A stretch of DNA of 64,000 nucleotides from Candidatus Woykebacteria bacterium (GTDB lineage Bacteria > Patescibacteriota > Microgenomatia > Woykebacterales > RBG-16-39-9b): NCBI GenBank assembly GCA_040876265.1, contig JBBDPN010000001.1, forward strand, positions 182,208 through 246,207, written 5' to 3'. A program made the position numbers and the translations under genes. Below the pieces are notes generated by a model. That model was given only the letters and a program-made list of their open reading frames with translations, was not told the DNA's origin and searched no databases. Of this stretch, positions 1-9,299 are shown one piece after another (position 1 is the first letter of the stretch; each line of letters opens with the position of its first letter).

Positions 1-183
1 GGCGTGAAAGGCAGCCACAAAAGCACCGGCCGAAACGCCAACAACGTGTGTGGGAACGATTTTTTTCTCCAGAAAGGCGCGCAGAGCTCCGATATGGACC
101 ACTCCTCTGTTCCCACCGCCAGAGTAGGAAACGCCCACTATCTCTTGTTTACAAATTTTTGGATCTATTTTCCTAATTTTCAT
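1..183 (-). CDS. Patatin-like phospholipase, N-terminal fragment; the gene continues past the window start
   Basis: Minus-strand ATG at 183 gives MKIRKIDPKICKQEIVGVSYSGGGNRGVVHIGALRAFLEKKIVPTHVVGVSAGAFVAAFHA, open to the window edge. It carries the patatin GGGxRG glycine loop and a GxSxG nucleophile (GVSAG). It is absent from the ORF track because it is partial. Confidence 0.55.
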   Translation of the reverse strand, partial: MKIRKIDPKICKQEIVGVSYSGGGNRGVVHIGALRAFLEKKIVPTHVVGVSAGAFVAAFHA

Positions 184-317
184 TTTTTGCTTGACTTAGT
201 TTGACAAACGCTTCCTTGTTTGGATACAATATAAGTGTATGACTGCCCGTTACCGAATCCTTTTTTACGCAGCGGCTGTAGCCTTTTTACTGCTGCTACT
301 TATCCCCAACCTTTAGT

Positions 318-965
318 CTAAAGGTTTGAGATCATCTCTGCGTCTATCTCGTCCAAACGTTCTACTTGTTTATCCGCTTTGGAAATATCCTGCTTTTTTG
401 GTCCAGCATCAAGCAGACCAATACATTTCATTCCCGCGGCTTTTGCAGCCACCACACCGGTAGGAGAATCCTCTATTACTAAACATTTTTCTGGATCAAC
501 CTCTAGTCTTCTCGCGGCCAACAGAAAAATATCAGGAGAGGGTTTTGTGCGCTCTACTTCGTCGCCGGCAATAGAAACCTCAAAATATGCTGTTAATTGG
601 GGAAATTTTGTAAAATTTTCGCTTAAAACAAATCTAGGAGAGGAAGAGGCCAAGGCGAGATTGTATTTTTTATCTAGCCTACCTAAAAGTTCTAATAAAC
701 CGGGCATAAGGGTAACTTTTTGAGCAAACAAATTGTTGAAAGCGGTTTTTGTAGCGTTGAGAAATTGCGTTTCTTTTTCAGGGATCTTGTAATGTGCAGT
801 TAAATTTTCTGCCGATTTTATGACGCCAACACCTCTGGTTAGATGGTCGAGCTCTTCTGAATATTCAAATCCGAATTTTTGCGCTGCTTGTTTAAAACTT
901 TCTGTCCACGCTCCTCTGGAGTCAACTGTGACCCCGTCTAGGTCAAAAATTACCGCTTCTGTCAT
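318..965 (-). CDS. HAD-superfamily hydrolase (beta-phosphoglucomutase-like)
   Basis: N-terminal FDLDGV (DxDG motif I) and the overall HAD layout; 215 aa. Confidence 0.8.
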   Translation of the reverse strand: MTEAVIFDLDGVTVDSRGAWTESFKQAAQKFGFEYSEELDHLTRGVGVIKSAENLTAHYKIPEKETQFLNATKTAFNNLFAQKVTLMPGLLELLGRLDKKYNLALASSSPRFVLSENFTKFPQLTAYFEVSIAGDEVERTKPSPDIFLLAARRLEVDPEKCLVIEDSPTGVVAAKAAGMKCIGLLDAGPKKQDISKADKQVERLDEIDAEMISNL

Positions 966-994
966 GTCTATTTATTATATAGTAACACAAACAA

Positions 995-1039
995 AATCGC
1001 CTGGTCCTGGTGGGTTCGAACCACCAAAACTAGGCGATT
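995..1039 (-). terminator. Candidate intrinsic terminator downstream of the 1030..1833 hydrolase gene
   Basis: The minus strand reads AATCGCCT..GGTGG-TTCGAA-CCCACC..AGGCGATT, two nested stems, followed by TTTTGTTTGTGTT. The stop codon sits inside the outer stem. Confidence 0.4.
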
Positions 1040-1833
1040 GCTAGCTTCTTTGCTGGGTGTGCGGCGAGGAAGCCGATGATCTCCTGGCACGTTTTCGCGT
1101 GGGTGACGATATTGAAGTGGTTTGCCCACAACACCTCAATGTTTTCTCCTCCCGCTTCCTCGATGCAGTCTTCCCACACTATGACCTCATCCTGTCGGGA
1201 GTAGAGAGCCAGCCTTGCAACACTCGAAGGGACAGATTTCGATAATGACTTATGGAAACGACAGTGACAATCCCCCTGACAGTCTTGAGGAATTATCAAA
1301 CGAGCTGCCGTGTACACCAATGGGTTTACTCTGGCTCCTCGAACAGTTCCTGCTATCGAGATTACGGATGCGACTTTTGTCGGCCGTCTCTTAGCCGCTG
1401 AGCGAACGATAGCTGAGCCTAAGCTGTGCCCGATAAGATGCACTTGCATGCCGGTTCGTTGTGCTGCTGTGTCGATCGCTCCACAGACAAGCTGGGTAAG
1501 GTAGTTTGGGCAGCCAGCTGTGATGCCAACCCCAGACGCACGTGGTGTGTATTCCACACTGGACAATGTTCTCTCCAGGCTGAAATACATTGGAGTAATC
1601 TGCGCTCCCATGAATCCAGGGACGAGGAGTAAGGCCGCGCCGTTACCTCTAGGGACGTTTGTTAGAGGAACAAAACGTCCCCAGTAAGCAACCGGGTTGA
1701 GAGCAGCGATGAGCCCGGTTAGGAGTCGTGGTCTCCAACTGGGTCCCACCTGCATTTCTTGCTCGGGTTCGATTTTTGCGGCGGTCTTCATTTGTATCAC
1801 TCCCCTTCTCGACCGCGGATTTAAGTTATTCAA
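1030..1833 (-). CDS. Alpha/beta-hydrolase fold lipase/esterase
   Basis: GHSLG (GxSxG nucleophile elbow). The DNA is visibly more G+C-rich than the neighbouring genes. Confidence 0.65.
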   Translation of the reverse strand: MNNLNPRSRRGVIQMKTAAKIEPEQEMQVGPSWRPRLLTGLIAALNPVAYWGRFVPLTNVPRGNGAALLLVPGFMGAQITPMYFSLERTLSSVEYTPRASGVGITAGCPNYLTQLVCGAIDTAAQRTGMQVHLIGHSLGSAIVRSAAKRRPTKVASVISIAGTVRGARVNPLVYTAARLIIPQDCQGDCHCRFHKSLSKSVPSSVARLALYSRQDEVIVWEDCIEEAGGENIEVLWANHFNIVTHAKTCQEIIGFLAAHPAKKLAIA

Positions 1834-1895
1834 AAAAGATGTGCGTGTAAATTTATTATCCTACCGCGCTATTGCGGCTGTCAAGCGATGGCTGG

Positions 1896-2468
1896 TTAGG
1901 GATACCTGACTTGAAGCTGACAAGGGGTTTCAATTGACATTTGGTGGTCGAAATAAAAAATTATTTTGCCCTCGTAAATCACAATCGTGTGTGAGCTTGC
2001 ACCAGCGGACGTTTTATCAGTTGCTTTTAGGGATAGATTTACCTTTTCGTTGCTTGAGTCGGAAACTGTAAGTGGAATATCGAATTCAAAAATCGCAAAG
2101 TTTTCGCTCTTCTCAGTTAGAGTTGATAGGGGAACAGTTCTTGGGTTTCCAAAAAAATTTTTATCTCCAACACCCAAAATGCTTTGATCAATGGACAATT
2201 TTTCAAGATTCACATCTTGGCTGTTGGTGTTAGTAATTGTGAAGTCTAGAGTCAGTCTCTCCATTTGATTTACGGTTTTTCCACATTCGGATTCTAGCTT
2301 AACTTTCTCGATTAACTGGGCGCCCAACTTTCGGTCTTTGTATGTATAGTAGGTATCGTAGGCAAAAAGGGACCCAACCACTACGATAAATACTAATAAG
2401 ATAACGGCAACAGGACGCAGTGAGAGCCAAATAAATTTTACGGTGCTAGCAAGTCTAGCCAGAAACAT
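1896..2468 (-). CDS. Hypothetical membrane-anchored protein
   Basis: One N-terminal hydrophobic helix (VAVILLVFIVVVGSLFA), then a soluble domain with no recognisable motif. Confidence 0.5.
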   Translation of the reverse strand: MFLARLASTVKFIWLSLRPVAVILLVFIVVVGSLFAYDTYYTYKDRKLGAQLIEKVKLESECGKTVNQMERLTLDFTITNTNSQDVNLEKLSIDQSILGVGDKNFFGNPRTVPLSTLTEKSENFAIFEFDIPLTVSDSSNEKVNLSLKATDKTSAGASSHTIVIYEGKIIFYFDHQMSIETPCQLQVRYP

Positions 2469-2474
2469 CGTGTC

Positions 2475-2864
2475 TTAAGAAATGTTGTAGATCCTGTGAA
2501 GTACTAAAGCGGTAATGGTGCCGACAATTGGTACTACCAGAAACAAGAAAACATTATTTTGTAAGCTAGGTAAAACAAAGCCACTTGTCGCGACGACGAT
2601 GGGTATGAAGACGATTAATATAATTGTTTGGACACTTATCCTTAGCCACGGGACCTTTTGTTTGGCGACTTTCTCAAACCAAAGTTTGTAGGCAAGTGCT
2701 CGTGCGGTTGGGAAAAGAATCAGAAAAACGATTGGATTTGGTTGAAACTGACCCCCTACTAATATGGCGATAGTTAAAGCGAAAAATAGTGCCAGTGTAT
2801 CAAATACGGAAAATAATAATTTCATGGCAGCTTGTATTTTAAATATAATACAGCCGTAAGGCAA
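2475..2864 (-). CDS. Hypothetical integral membrane protein
   Basis: 129 aa and almost entirely hydrophobic; about four predicted helices. Confidence 0.5.
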   Translation of the reverse strand: MPYGCIIFKIQAAMKLLFSVFDTLALFFALTIAILVGGQFQPNPIVFLILFPTARALAYKLWFEKVAKQKVPWLRISVQTIILIVFIPIVVATSGFVLPSLQNNVFLFLVVPIVGTITALVLHRIYNIS

Positions 2865-3033
2865 AGGGAAGAGATAAAAATTAGCTACCTAAAAAGGTCA
2901 AATTATTACCTTTTTGTTGCTTGTTTGTTGACCCAGAATGCCAAAAGTAGTAAAAAGCTTTGGCAGCTCACAAAGCATAAAAGGTGGAAACATCTGGACG
3001 GTGGAGTGGGCTGTACTGTTTCTCGGGGTTAAA

Positions 3034-3855
3034 TCAGCCTCTTTGAGCTAGCGCCAGAGCGCCGATTATCCCCGAATCTTGGCCAAGGCCCGAAGGTACA
3101 ATTGGTACAGGTGGTACCTCTTTAAGATATTTTTTAATGGTTTTGTTTAAAGGAGGGAAGAACGCATGTTTATGTTTGGTCATTCCTCCACCTATAACAA
3201 CGATTTCAGGTGAGAAGTGAAGAATTGAATTTGTTAGACCTATGGCTAGCCAATCGATAGCTTCGATCCATTCCGGTTCTCCTTCTGCTTCGGCTGGCGT
3301 TTCACCATAAAGACGCTTTACCGCACTTCCCGACGAGAGGGATTCCAAATCGCCAGCAGGTGCCCCTTTGTGTCTTGGGCCGCTCTTGTCAATTATCTGA
3401 TGACCAGCTTCAGGGTTTATAATTCCGTGGAATATTCTACCGTCCACTACCAGTCCGGTACCGACACCAGTGCTGACGGTGTAGTAGAGCACTGGGTTTT
3501 TACTTTTGCCCGCACCGTAAGTAGCTTCACCTAGCGCAGCAGCTGAAGCATCGTTTGCTACCACAACCGGAAATTTCAAAAGTTTTGTAAAGACGTCGCC
3601 TATCTCGATATTATCCCAACCAATTAGGTTCGGAGGCCGAATAGTTTTAACTTTTCTTGTGTTGAAAGGTCCAGGAACTCCGATACCTACCCTGGTGATC
3701 CGCTGTTCTTGGGTAAGTTTCCCAACAGCTTCTTTTATTTCTTGAATACTGGCGTGGAATTCCCTAGTGGCAAAATCAAGTTTTTTATGGACTTCGCCGT
3801 CCCTTCCGGTTGCTACTCTGATGTGAGTACCACCGATATCAATACCAATATACAT
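3034..3855 (-). CDS. ROK-family sugar kinase (glucokinase-like)
   Basis: MYIGIDIGGTHIRVA N-terminal ATPase motif; ROK-type glycine-rich core with the His-containing Zn motif region. Confidence 0.8.
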   Translation of the reverse strand: MYIGIDIGGTHIRVATGRDGEVHKKLDFATREFHASIQEIKEAVGKLTQEQRITRVGIGVPGPFNTRKVKTIRPPNLIGWDNIEIGDVFTKLLKFPVVVANDASAAALGEATYGAGKSKNPVLYYTVSTGVGTGLVVDGRIFHGIINPEAGHQIIDKSGPRHKGAPAGDLESLSSGSAVKRLYGETPAEAEGEPEWIEAIDWLAIGLTNSILHFSPEIVVIGGGMTKHKHAFFPPLNKTIKKYLKEVPPVPIVPSGLGQDSGIIGALALAQRG

Positions 3856-3928
3856 AAGTAATAAATACTAAGCGGTAAGTTATAAGAAACAAAGTTTACT
3901 CTTAAAACTTAAAGCTTAGAACGTAGAA

Positions 3929-4183
3929 CTAGTCCTCTACTTTGAAAACTTTGTCGTTGTCGTGGACTTTGTCTTCTACCTTGATAGCGATTTCTTGGCC
4001 CTTTTTACCGTTCTTTATTTCTTTGTGATCAAGCTGCATACTTTCAACACTTTGTTCAAAATCGTCGTGCGCTCCCTGAATATGGATTTTGTTTCCCACC
4101 TTCAAAGCATCAGAAAGCTTAATTACACCGACACTAATATTGTCGTAAAAATGGGTCACTTTACCAACTTCCTTTTCCTTCAT
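3929..4183 (-). CDS. Small hypothetical protein, EF-Tu domain-2-like beta-barrel
   Basis: 84 aa. The G.V.....V.VIKL.D.LKVG..I.I.G pattern resembles translation-factor domain 2. Confidence 0.4.
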   Translation of the reverse strand: MKEKEVGKVTHFYDNISVGVIKLSDALKVGNKIHIQGAHDDFEQSVESMQLDHKEIKNGKKGQEIAIKVEDKVHDNDKVFKVED

Positions 4184-4197
4184 TTACACCTCCCTTC

Positions 4198-4791
4198 TCA
4201 CTCTGGGTTTTCAACTGTAATTGGAGCTGGTTTCAGTTTTCTAGCATCGTCTTTATACCTTCCTCTTAGATCTTCTATCAAGCCTTTGATTAATTTCTCC
4301 GGATCGCTGTCATAAAGCACCTTGCACTGGTGCTTGTGAGCAATTCGAGTGATGTCCTCTAGCTCATCGGCCATACCTCCGGAATCTTCTAGCACCCCGA
4401 TTGGTTTCCTATCTTCAAAAGCGACGGTAAATTCATTAAGAGTACCAATTCGACCGCAGATAATGACGACGGCGTCGGCGCTGCGAGTTAAGATTAGATT
4501 TCTCCCAGCGTAACCAAAGCCTGTATAGACAGTAAGGTCCATGTTTTCTACGGGTAATTTGTAGCGATTAGTATGATCAGATCGTGAGTAAGCCGGTGAA
4601 AATCCGATTGAAATGCCCCCGGCTTTTTTGACGCCCTTAGCCGCGTAAAACGGTAGTCCCGTGGTGGCTCCGGTGACCAGGATAGCTTTATTTTTAGCAA
4701 TTGCCGCTCCCAGTCTCTCAGCCTTTTCAATAGTCTCGGCATTTATACATTCGCCCTCCGCAGCACCAGAGACACAGATTTTGAAAGACAT
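4198..4791 (-). CDS. TIGR00725/LOG-like Rossmann-fold protein
   Basis: ICVSGAAEG...ILVTGATTGLPFYAAKGVKKAGGISIGF pattern (GGxxGxMxA-like), typical of the LOG/DprA-like SLOG family. Confidence 0.5.
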   Translation of the reverse strand: MSFKICVSGAAEGECINAETIEKAERLGAAIAKNKAILVTGATTGLPFYAAKGVKKAGGISIGFSPAYSRSDHTNRYKLPVENMDLTVYTGFGYAGRNLILTRSADAVVIICGRIGTLNEFTVAFEDRKPIGVLEDSGGMADELEDITRIAHKHQCKVLYDSDPEKLIKGLIEDLRGRYKDDARKLKPAPITVENPE

Positions 4792-4873
4792 AGAATTAGT
4801 TTATCAAGTAAAAGTTTAAAAGGCAAAGGCCCTCTCTCATGTACAGGGACGGACCCTGTCATGGACTGAGGAG

Positions 4874-5449
4874 TCAGTCTTTTTTCCAGGGAATGTCTGT
4901 GATTTTAGATTTTTTGTTTTCGGCGCGGGCCAGCACGAAAAGAAGGTCCGAAAGCCTGTTTAAATAGGTGAGGATTGATGGGTTAATTTCTTTAACTTTC
5001 GACAATGAAACTACTTCCCTTTCCGCCCGCCGGCAAACTGTTCTAGATAGATGAAGGGCAGAAGCAGTTTTTGTGCCTCCAGGCAAAATAAAGGAACGAA
5101 GGGTGTGCAATTTTTTATCATATTGATCAATTATAGACTCCAATTTATATGTTTCTCCCTGTTCTAAATGGTAATAATTGTTTGTTTTTTTCTTCAATTT
5201 CTTTGGGCTTGCTAGTTCGGCTCCAATGTTAAAAAGTTCGTTCTGGATATTTTGTAGCAAGCGAGATATCTTTCCGTCTCTAGTAAAGGATCTTGCCAGG
5301 CCAAGCGAAGCATTTAACTCATCGATAGCTCCGTATGCCTTTACCCGTGGATCATCCTTGCTCACTCGACTACCAAAAATTAGCGAAGTTTCCCCTTTGT
5401 CACCTGACTTTGTATAGATTCTTACTTTCCTCTCGGTTTTTTTTGTCAT
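4874..5449 (-). CDS. ATP:cob(I)alamin adenosyltransferase, PduO/MMAB type
   Basis: IYTKSGDKGETSL N-terminal signature; about 190 aa. Confidence 0.8.
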   Translation of the reverse strand: MTKKTERKVRIYTKSGDKGETSLIFGSRVSKDDPRVKAYGAIDELNASLGLARSFTRDGKISRLLQNIQNELFNIGAELASPKKLKKKTNNYYHLEQGETYKLESIIDQYDKKLHTLRSFILPGGTKTASALHLSRTVCRRAEREVVSLSKVKEINPSILTYLNRLSDLLFVLARAENKKSKITDIPWKKD

Positions 5450-5464
5450 TTTTCCAAAATTATA

Positions 5465-6079
5465 CTACAAGATTTTTCCTAGTACTTTAGCTATTCTTTC
5501 AGCCATGAGTTTATAACCAGCGGAGTTTGGGTGGGTTGTATCAGCCATCAAGGATGGATCGCCCGCTATACCGTCTAGTACATTCCAGACTACCTCAGCA
5601 TCGTACTGTTCAGATATTTTTCTAAAACCGTCTTCGTATTTTTTGGTCTTTTGGGGAAACTTTATGTGAACCAACACGGCTGCGGAGCCTGTTTGTCTGA
5701 TCTGGCCCACAATAGTGTCGAGGTTACTTATCGTTTCATCAACATCTGCTCCTGCCAAGAAATCATTTCCCGAGAGCTCTACCACTACAAGAGACGGGTT
5801 TTTGCGAATCACGTCAGTTTGCAACCTGGAAAGAGCTGTTTCAGTCGTATCTCCAGAAACACCGGCGTTAATGTAATTGGCTAGGCCCAGCTCCTGCGCA
5901 ACAAACGTTGGAAAGTCTTCTCCTTGAGCGGCACCAACCCCAGCAGTGAGACTGTCACCAAAAAATATCACCGGTCCCTCTCGGGTTATTTTTTCAGCAG
6001 AGCCTCCCTTAGCAAAGAGGTACCAAAAACCAAATGCACCAACGAGGATAATTAAAAGAACTGCATAGGGTCTAGTCAT
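5465..6079 (-). CDS. SGNH/GDSL-family hydrolase (arylesterase-like), secreted or anchored
   Basis: FFGDSLTAG (GDSL block I) after an N-terminal hydrophobic segment; DTTHPN block V near the C-terminus. Confidence 0.8.
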   Translation of the reverse strand: MTRPYAVLLIILVGAFGFWYLFAKGGSAEKITREGPVIFFGDSLTAGVGAAQGEDFPTFVAQELGLANYINAGVSGDTTETALSRLQTDVIRKNPSLVVVELSGNDFLAGADVDETISNLDTIVGQIRQTGSAAVLVHIKFPQKTKKYEDGFRKISEQYDAEVVWNVLDGIAGDPSLMADTTHPNSAGYKLMAERIAKVLGKIL

Positions 6080-6554
6080 TGAGCAAACCTTTTAATTTAT
6101 CAAAATCTTCTTGAGAGCGGACGACTAGTATTGATTCAGTTTTAGGTGCGGACTCAACCGCTTCTTTCATCGTTTTGGCGACGTCTTCGGCCGCCAACCC
6201 GACTACTCCGGCTCCAAGCAGAGGAAAAGTAACTTTTTTGCATTTTGTATTTTTGGCTATTTCTAGCGCTGCTATGACGCCTTTTTTAATATCTTCAAGG
6301 TTAGCTTTCTTATCACTTTTATAATCAATCGTGGGTACGTGAATTACGCATTTTGCCGGTAGTTTCCCAGCTCCGGTTACAGCCGCTTTACCGATATCGC
6401 ACCAACCGATTTGGTCACTTTCTTTTTGGATTATTTCCCCACCGGCTCTTACAACCGCCGCCGCTACTCCACCACCGTGTTGCAACTGCGTGTTGGCGGC
6501 ATTAACAATAGCGTCGCTAGGAATTTGGGTTATATCACCTAAGACTAGCTTCAT
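6072..6554 (-). CDS. Macro-domain protein (ADP-ribose / O-acetyl-ADP-ribose processing)
   Basis: VNAANTQLQHGGGVAAAV and a GxG-rich phosphate-binding loop. Confidence 0.85.
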   Translation of the reverse strand: MKLVLGDITQIPSDAIVNAANTQLQHGGGVAAAVVRAGGEIIQKESDQIGWCDIGKAAVTGAGKLPAKCVIHVPTIDYKSDKKANLEDIKKGVIAALEIAKNTKCKKVTFPLLGAGVVGLAAEDVAKTMKEAVESAPKTESILVVRSQEDFDKLKGLLND

Positions 6555-6566
6555 TAAAACAAAATT

Positions 6567-6740
6567 TTAGGCCACTTTTGTGTACACTGCCCAGACGCCC
6601 AGGGTTGCTGCTACGACTATCCACGATTCGGCCCCGAGTCCCAAGGGAGCAAAGTTTACACTTAAGAAATCTAGGGCACCTAAAATAGCAGCCCCTACTG
6701 AAAGTATAATAAGTCCCATACTAGTAGTTTTTTTGTCCAT
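6567..6740 (-). CDS. Small membrane protein, DUF378-like (57 aa)
   Basis: MDKKTTSMGLIILSVGAAILGALDFLSVNFAPLGLGAESWIVVAATLGVWAVYTKVA, with GGAGGTG 8 nt upstream of the ATG. Below the 60-aa ORF-track cutoff. Confidence 0.45.
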   Translation of the reverse strand: MDKKTTSMGLIILSVGAAILGALDFLSVNFAPLGLGAESWIVVAATLGVWAVYTKVA

Positions 6741-6763
6741 CTAGTTGTTCACCTCCTCTCGTT

Positions 6764-7648
6764 TCAATTTATTGTGTCAAAATAGTCAACGACAGCACTA
6801 GCTACCTTTTGCATCACTGGCGCTCGAGTATTTGGGTCAAGATTGGTGTTGTTTACGCTGAAAACGACCAAAACAAACGGATTTTCGGAGTGTTGTATTA
6901 TCGCCGCATCATGGGCTTCAGCGTCAAATTTTCCGGTCTTGTGATAAAAGGTCAGACCGGCGAGCTTAAACGAAGGCGAAAAGAAATTTTCACTTTCGGT
7001 ATTTTGCATGTAGGTAAAGAGTTTGTCCCGACTAGTGTCTTTGAGTAGCTGCCCATCAGCCAGTTTTTGCAGCAAGATCGCGACGTCTTTTGGCGCCATT
7101 AGATTTTTACCAAGCCGAATATCGGTATTTTTCAAGCCGATTGATTTGGCGAATTTATTCTGATCTGCAGGTTTAAACTTTTCATCAAGAAACGCCCAGG
7201 TTTCTGGATCGCTTTGATTGACAGTTTTTTCTAGCTGAAATTCTACATTGTAGGCCCCCAGTGGATCGGCGAGGTTGGCTTTGCCCTTTTCGACTTGATC
7301 GAGTACGTAAACAGCGGTAAGAACTTTGGAAACGCTGGCGGCGTGTTGTGGTTCAGTGTCGTTGACGCCAAAGTACTCATTGTGTTTCAAATCGTACACG
7401 GCCAGTGAAAAGCTTGTACCCGCAGCCTCAATCGAAAAAAGCTCCTTAATTATTTCGATCAGAACCTCTTGCTTTTCCTTCCTTTCTTTTTTCTTTTCGG
7501 CGCTGTCCAGTTTTTCAGCTTCTTTCTGACCTATACCTGGGACTTGGGCGTTTCTACTTTTCAAAAACTTGTAACCCGCGAAACCGATAGCGGCGAGAAA
7601 GGCTACGGAGACAATGACGATTAGAGTGATCGGCAGCCATTTTTTCAT
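6764..7648 (-). CDS. Class A beta-lactamase-like serine hydrolase, membrane-anchored
   Basis: N-terminal TM helix; SVSK (SxxK) active-site motif and a KTG-like box (HKTGK). Confidence 0.6.
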   Translation of the reverse strand: MKKWLPITLIVIVSVAFLAAIGFAGYKFLKSRNAQVPGIGQKEAEKLDSAEKKKERKEKQEVLIEIIKELFSIEAAGTSFSLAVYDLKHNEYFGVNDTEPQHAASVSKVLTAVYVLDQVEKGKANLADPLGAYNVEFQLEKTVNQSDPETWAFLDEKFKPADQNKFAKSIGLKNTDIRLGKNLMAPKDVAILLQKLADGQLLKDTSRDKLFTYMQNTESENFFSPSFKLAGLTFYHKTGKFDAEAHDAAIIQHSENPFVLVVFSVNNTNLDPNTRAPVMQKVASAVVDYFDTIN

Positions 7649-7722
7649 TGCGTTCTCAGTTTACCTAAACATACTTTGGTTGACAAGTCTCATCACTAAA
7701 TAGTAGTGGTTGGGAACAAAAC

Positions 7723-8118
7723 CTAAATTACTTGAATGACTACTCGACGGGTACTTCTTGGGCCATCAAGCTCTACCAAAAAAATTTCTTGCCAAGTTCC
7801 AAGCTGGAGATCGCCATGTCTAACTGGTATTACCCTGGATTGACCAATCATTGAAGCAGCTAGGTGGGCGGTGGCATTGTTATCCACACGGTCGTGCTGC
7901 CACCCTCCCTCCGGGATCCATTTGTCCAGCAGTTTTTCCACGTCGGCTTTGAAACCAGACTCATCTTCATTTATCAAAACAGCAGCGGTGGCATGGGGAA
8001 CAAAAACAAGACAGATGCCTTCTTTTATATTTGTTCCGCCAACCGCCTCGCCAACTGCGCTGGTAATATTTACTAGCCCCTTTTTAGTGTGGGTCGAAAA
8101 CTCAAGAACTTTATTCAT
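7723..8118 (-). CDS. YjbQ/UPF0047 family protein (secondary thiamine-phosphate synthase-like)
   Basis: The full-length pattern is characteristic of this family; 131 aa. Confidence 0.8.
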   Translation of the reverse strand: MNKVLEFSTHTKKGLVNITSAVGEAVGGTNIKEGICLVFVPHATAAVLINEDESGFKADVEKLLDKWIPEGGWQHDRVDNNATAHLAASMIGQSRVIPVRHGDLQLGTWQEIFLVELDGPRSTRRVVIQVI

Positions 8119-8717
8119 AAGTCTGCTGATATTTTACCGCTTACGGTGATTGCTTTATAAGTGGAGACGATCTCTAAAGCAAGCTTTTTATGTTCGTTAT
8201 TGGCCACGTTTACCCAAAAAATTACTTTTAGTTTATTTTTCTCCTCTGGTAGTGTGATTACTATAAAGCTATCGCCATCCTTATACGGATACTCGGTTAC
8301 CTGTGCTTCCCTACCGTCGATGCCCAATTTACTTGAATTGGTTTTCCTTTGTTTCTTTTTTTGCTCTGAAGTAAATTTATAGGCTCTTGGGGTATCTTGC
8401 CAGAACTCTACTCGCGCACCAGGGCCCAAAATTTCTGCTCCTGCCGGCCCATCCTTTGGATTCTGCCCTACCTTCCAACCCTTGGGGTACTCGATCGTAA
8501 ACTTGCTACTCTCATATACGAACCAGCCTTTTCTGGTTGCACTTTTGGTTGCTTCCTTCTCTTGGAAGAGCGGTAGTTCAAAGCTAGTATAGTTGCCAAT
8601 TGCGAAACCAACAAGAAAAAAAAGCCCGGCCACGGATACTGCAGCAATTATTAGCGGTAAGTAAGCCTTTAATTTGTTCTCCGTGGGTTTTATATCAATG
8701 ACGATTTCTTTTGCCAC
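8115..8717 (-). CDS. Hypothetical membrane-anchored protein
   Basis: One TM helix near the N-terminus (LPLIIAAVSVAGLFFLVGFAIG); no identifiable domain. Confidence 0.5.
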   Translation of the reverse strand: MAKEIVIDIKPTENKLKAYLPLIIAAVSVAGLFFLVGFAIGNYTSFELPLFQEKEATKSATRKGWFVYESSKFTIEYPKGWKVGQNPKDGPAGAEILGPGARVEFWQDTPRAYKFTSEQKKKQRKTNSSKLGIDGREAQVTEYPYKDGDSFIVITLPEEKNKLKVIFWVNVANNEHKKLALEIVSTYKAITVSGKISADL

Positions 8718-8845
8718 GAGTTTAGGATAACAGCTAGAAAATTAACTTTCAATTTACCTTTTTATGCTATTATTGGTCTAGAAGAGCTTGTTTGCAGACT
8801 GGGCTAAAAAATTATTTTCCTGTTTAATATATTTAAAGGATCAAA

Positions 8846-9259
8846 ATGGGAACAAAAATACTGCTGATTGAGGATGACGTCTTTGTAAGCGATATTTATT
8901 CACGAGAACTAAAAAAAAGTGGTTACGAAGTAGTTTTAGCAGCTGACGGGTTGGAAGGCATCGAGCAGGCGGAAAATAATAAATTTGATCTAATACTTCT
9001 GGATATCATGCTTCCAAAAAAGACAGGGATAGATGTGTTGAAAGATATCCGAATGCCCACTTCCTCGGCAAAAGATACGCCTGTTTACCTTCTAACAAAT
9101 CTGGGCCAAGGTTCGATAATAAAACAAGCCATTGATCTGGGTGCGCAAGGATACCTCCTCAAAGCTCGTGTGCTCCCCTCTCAAGTCCTCCAAGCCGTGA
9201 ACGACTTCTTCACCAACGGCCCGATGAAGATAGATCTTTCCGAGTTTGGTTTGGAATAG
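8846..9259 (+). CDS. Stand-alone response-regulator receiver domain (CheY-like)
   Basis: ILLIEDD..., a DLILLD phospho-acceptor Asp region and a conserved Lys region; 137 aa with no output domain. Confidence 0.85.
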   Translation: MGTKILLIEDDVFVSDIYSRELKKSGYEVVLAADGLEGIEQAENNKFDLILLDIMLPKKTGIDVLKDIRMPTSSAKDTPVYLLTNLGQGSIIKQAIDLGAQGYLLKARVLPSQVLQAVNDFFTNGPMKIDLSEFGLE

Positions 9260-9299
9260 TTATTGGGATTTAACGCCACTTTTTGGCGATATAATATAA

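Noticed and set aside
1896-8717. A sortase among the membrane-anchored hypothetical proteins (1896..2468, 8115..8717, 58163..59047)
   Set aside because: None has the TLxTC catalytic motif or a conserved His/Arg context. The LPXTG substrate therefore has no partner in this window.
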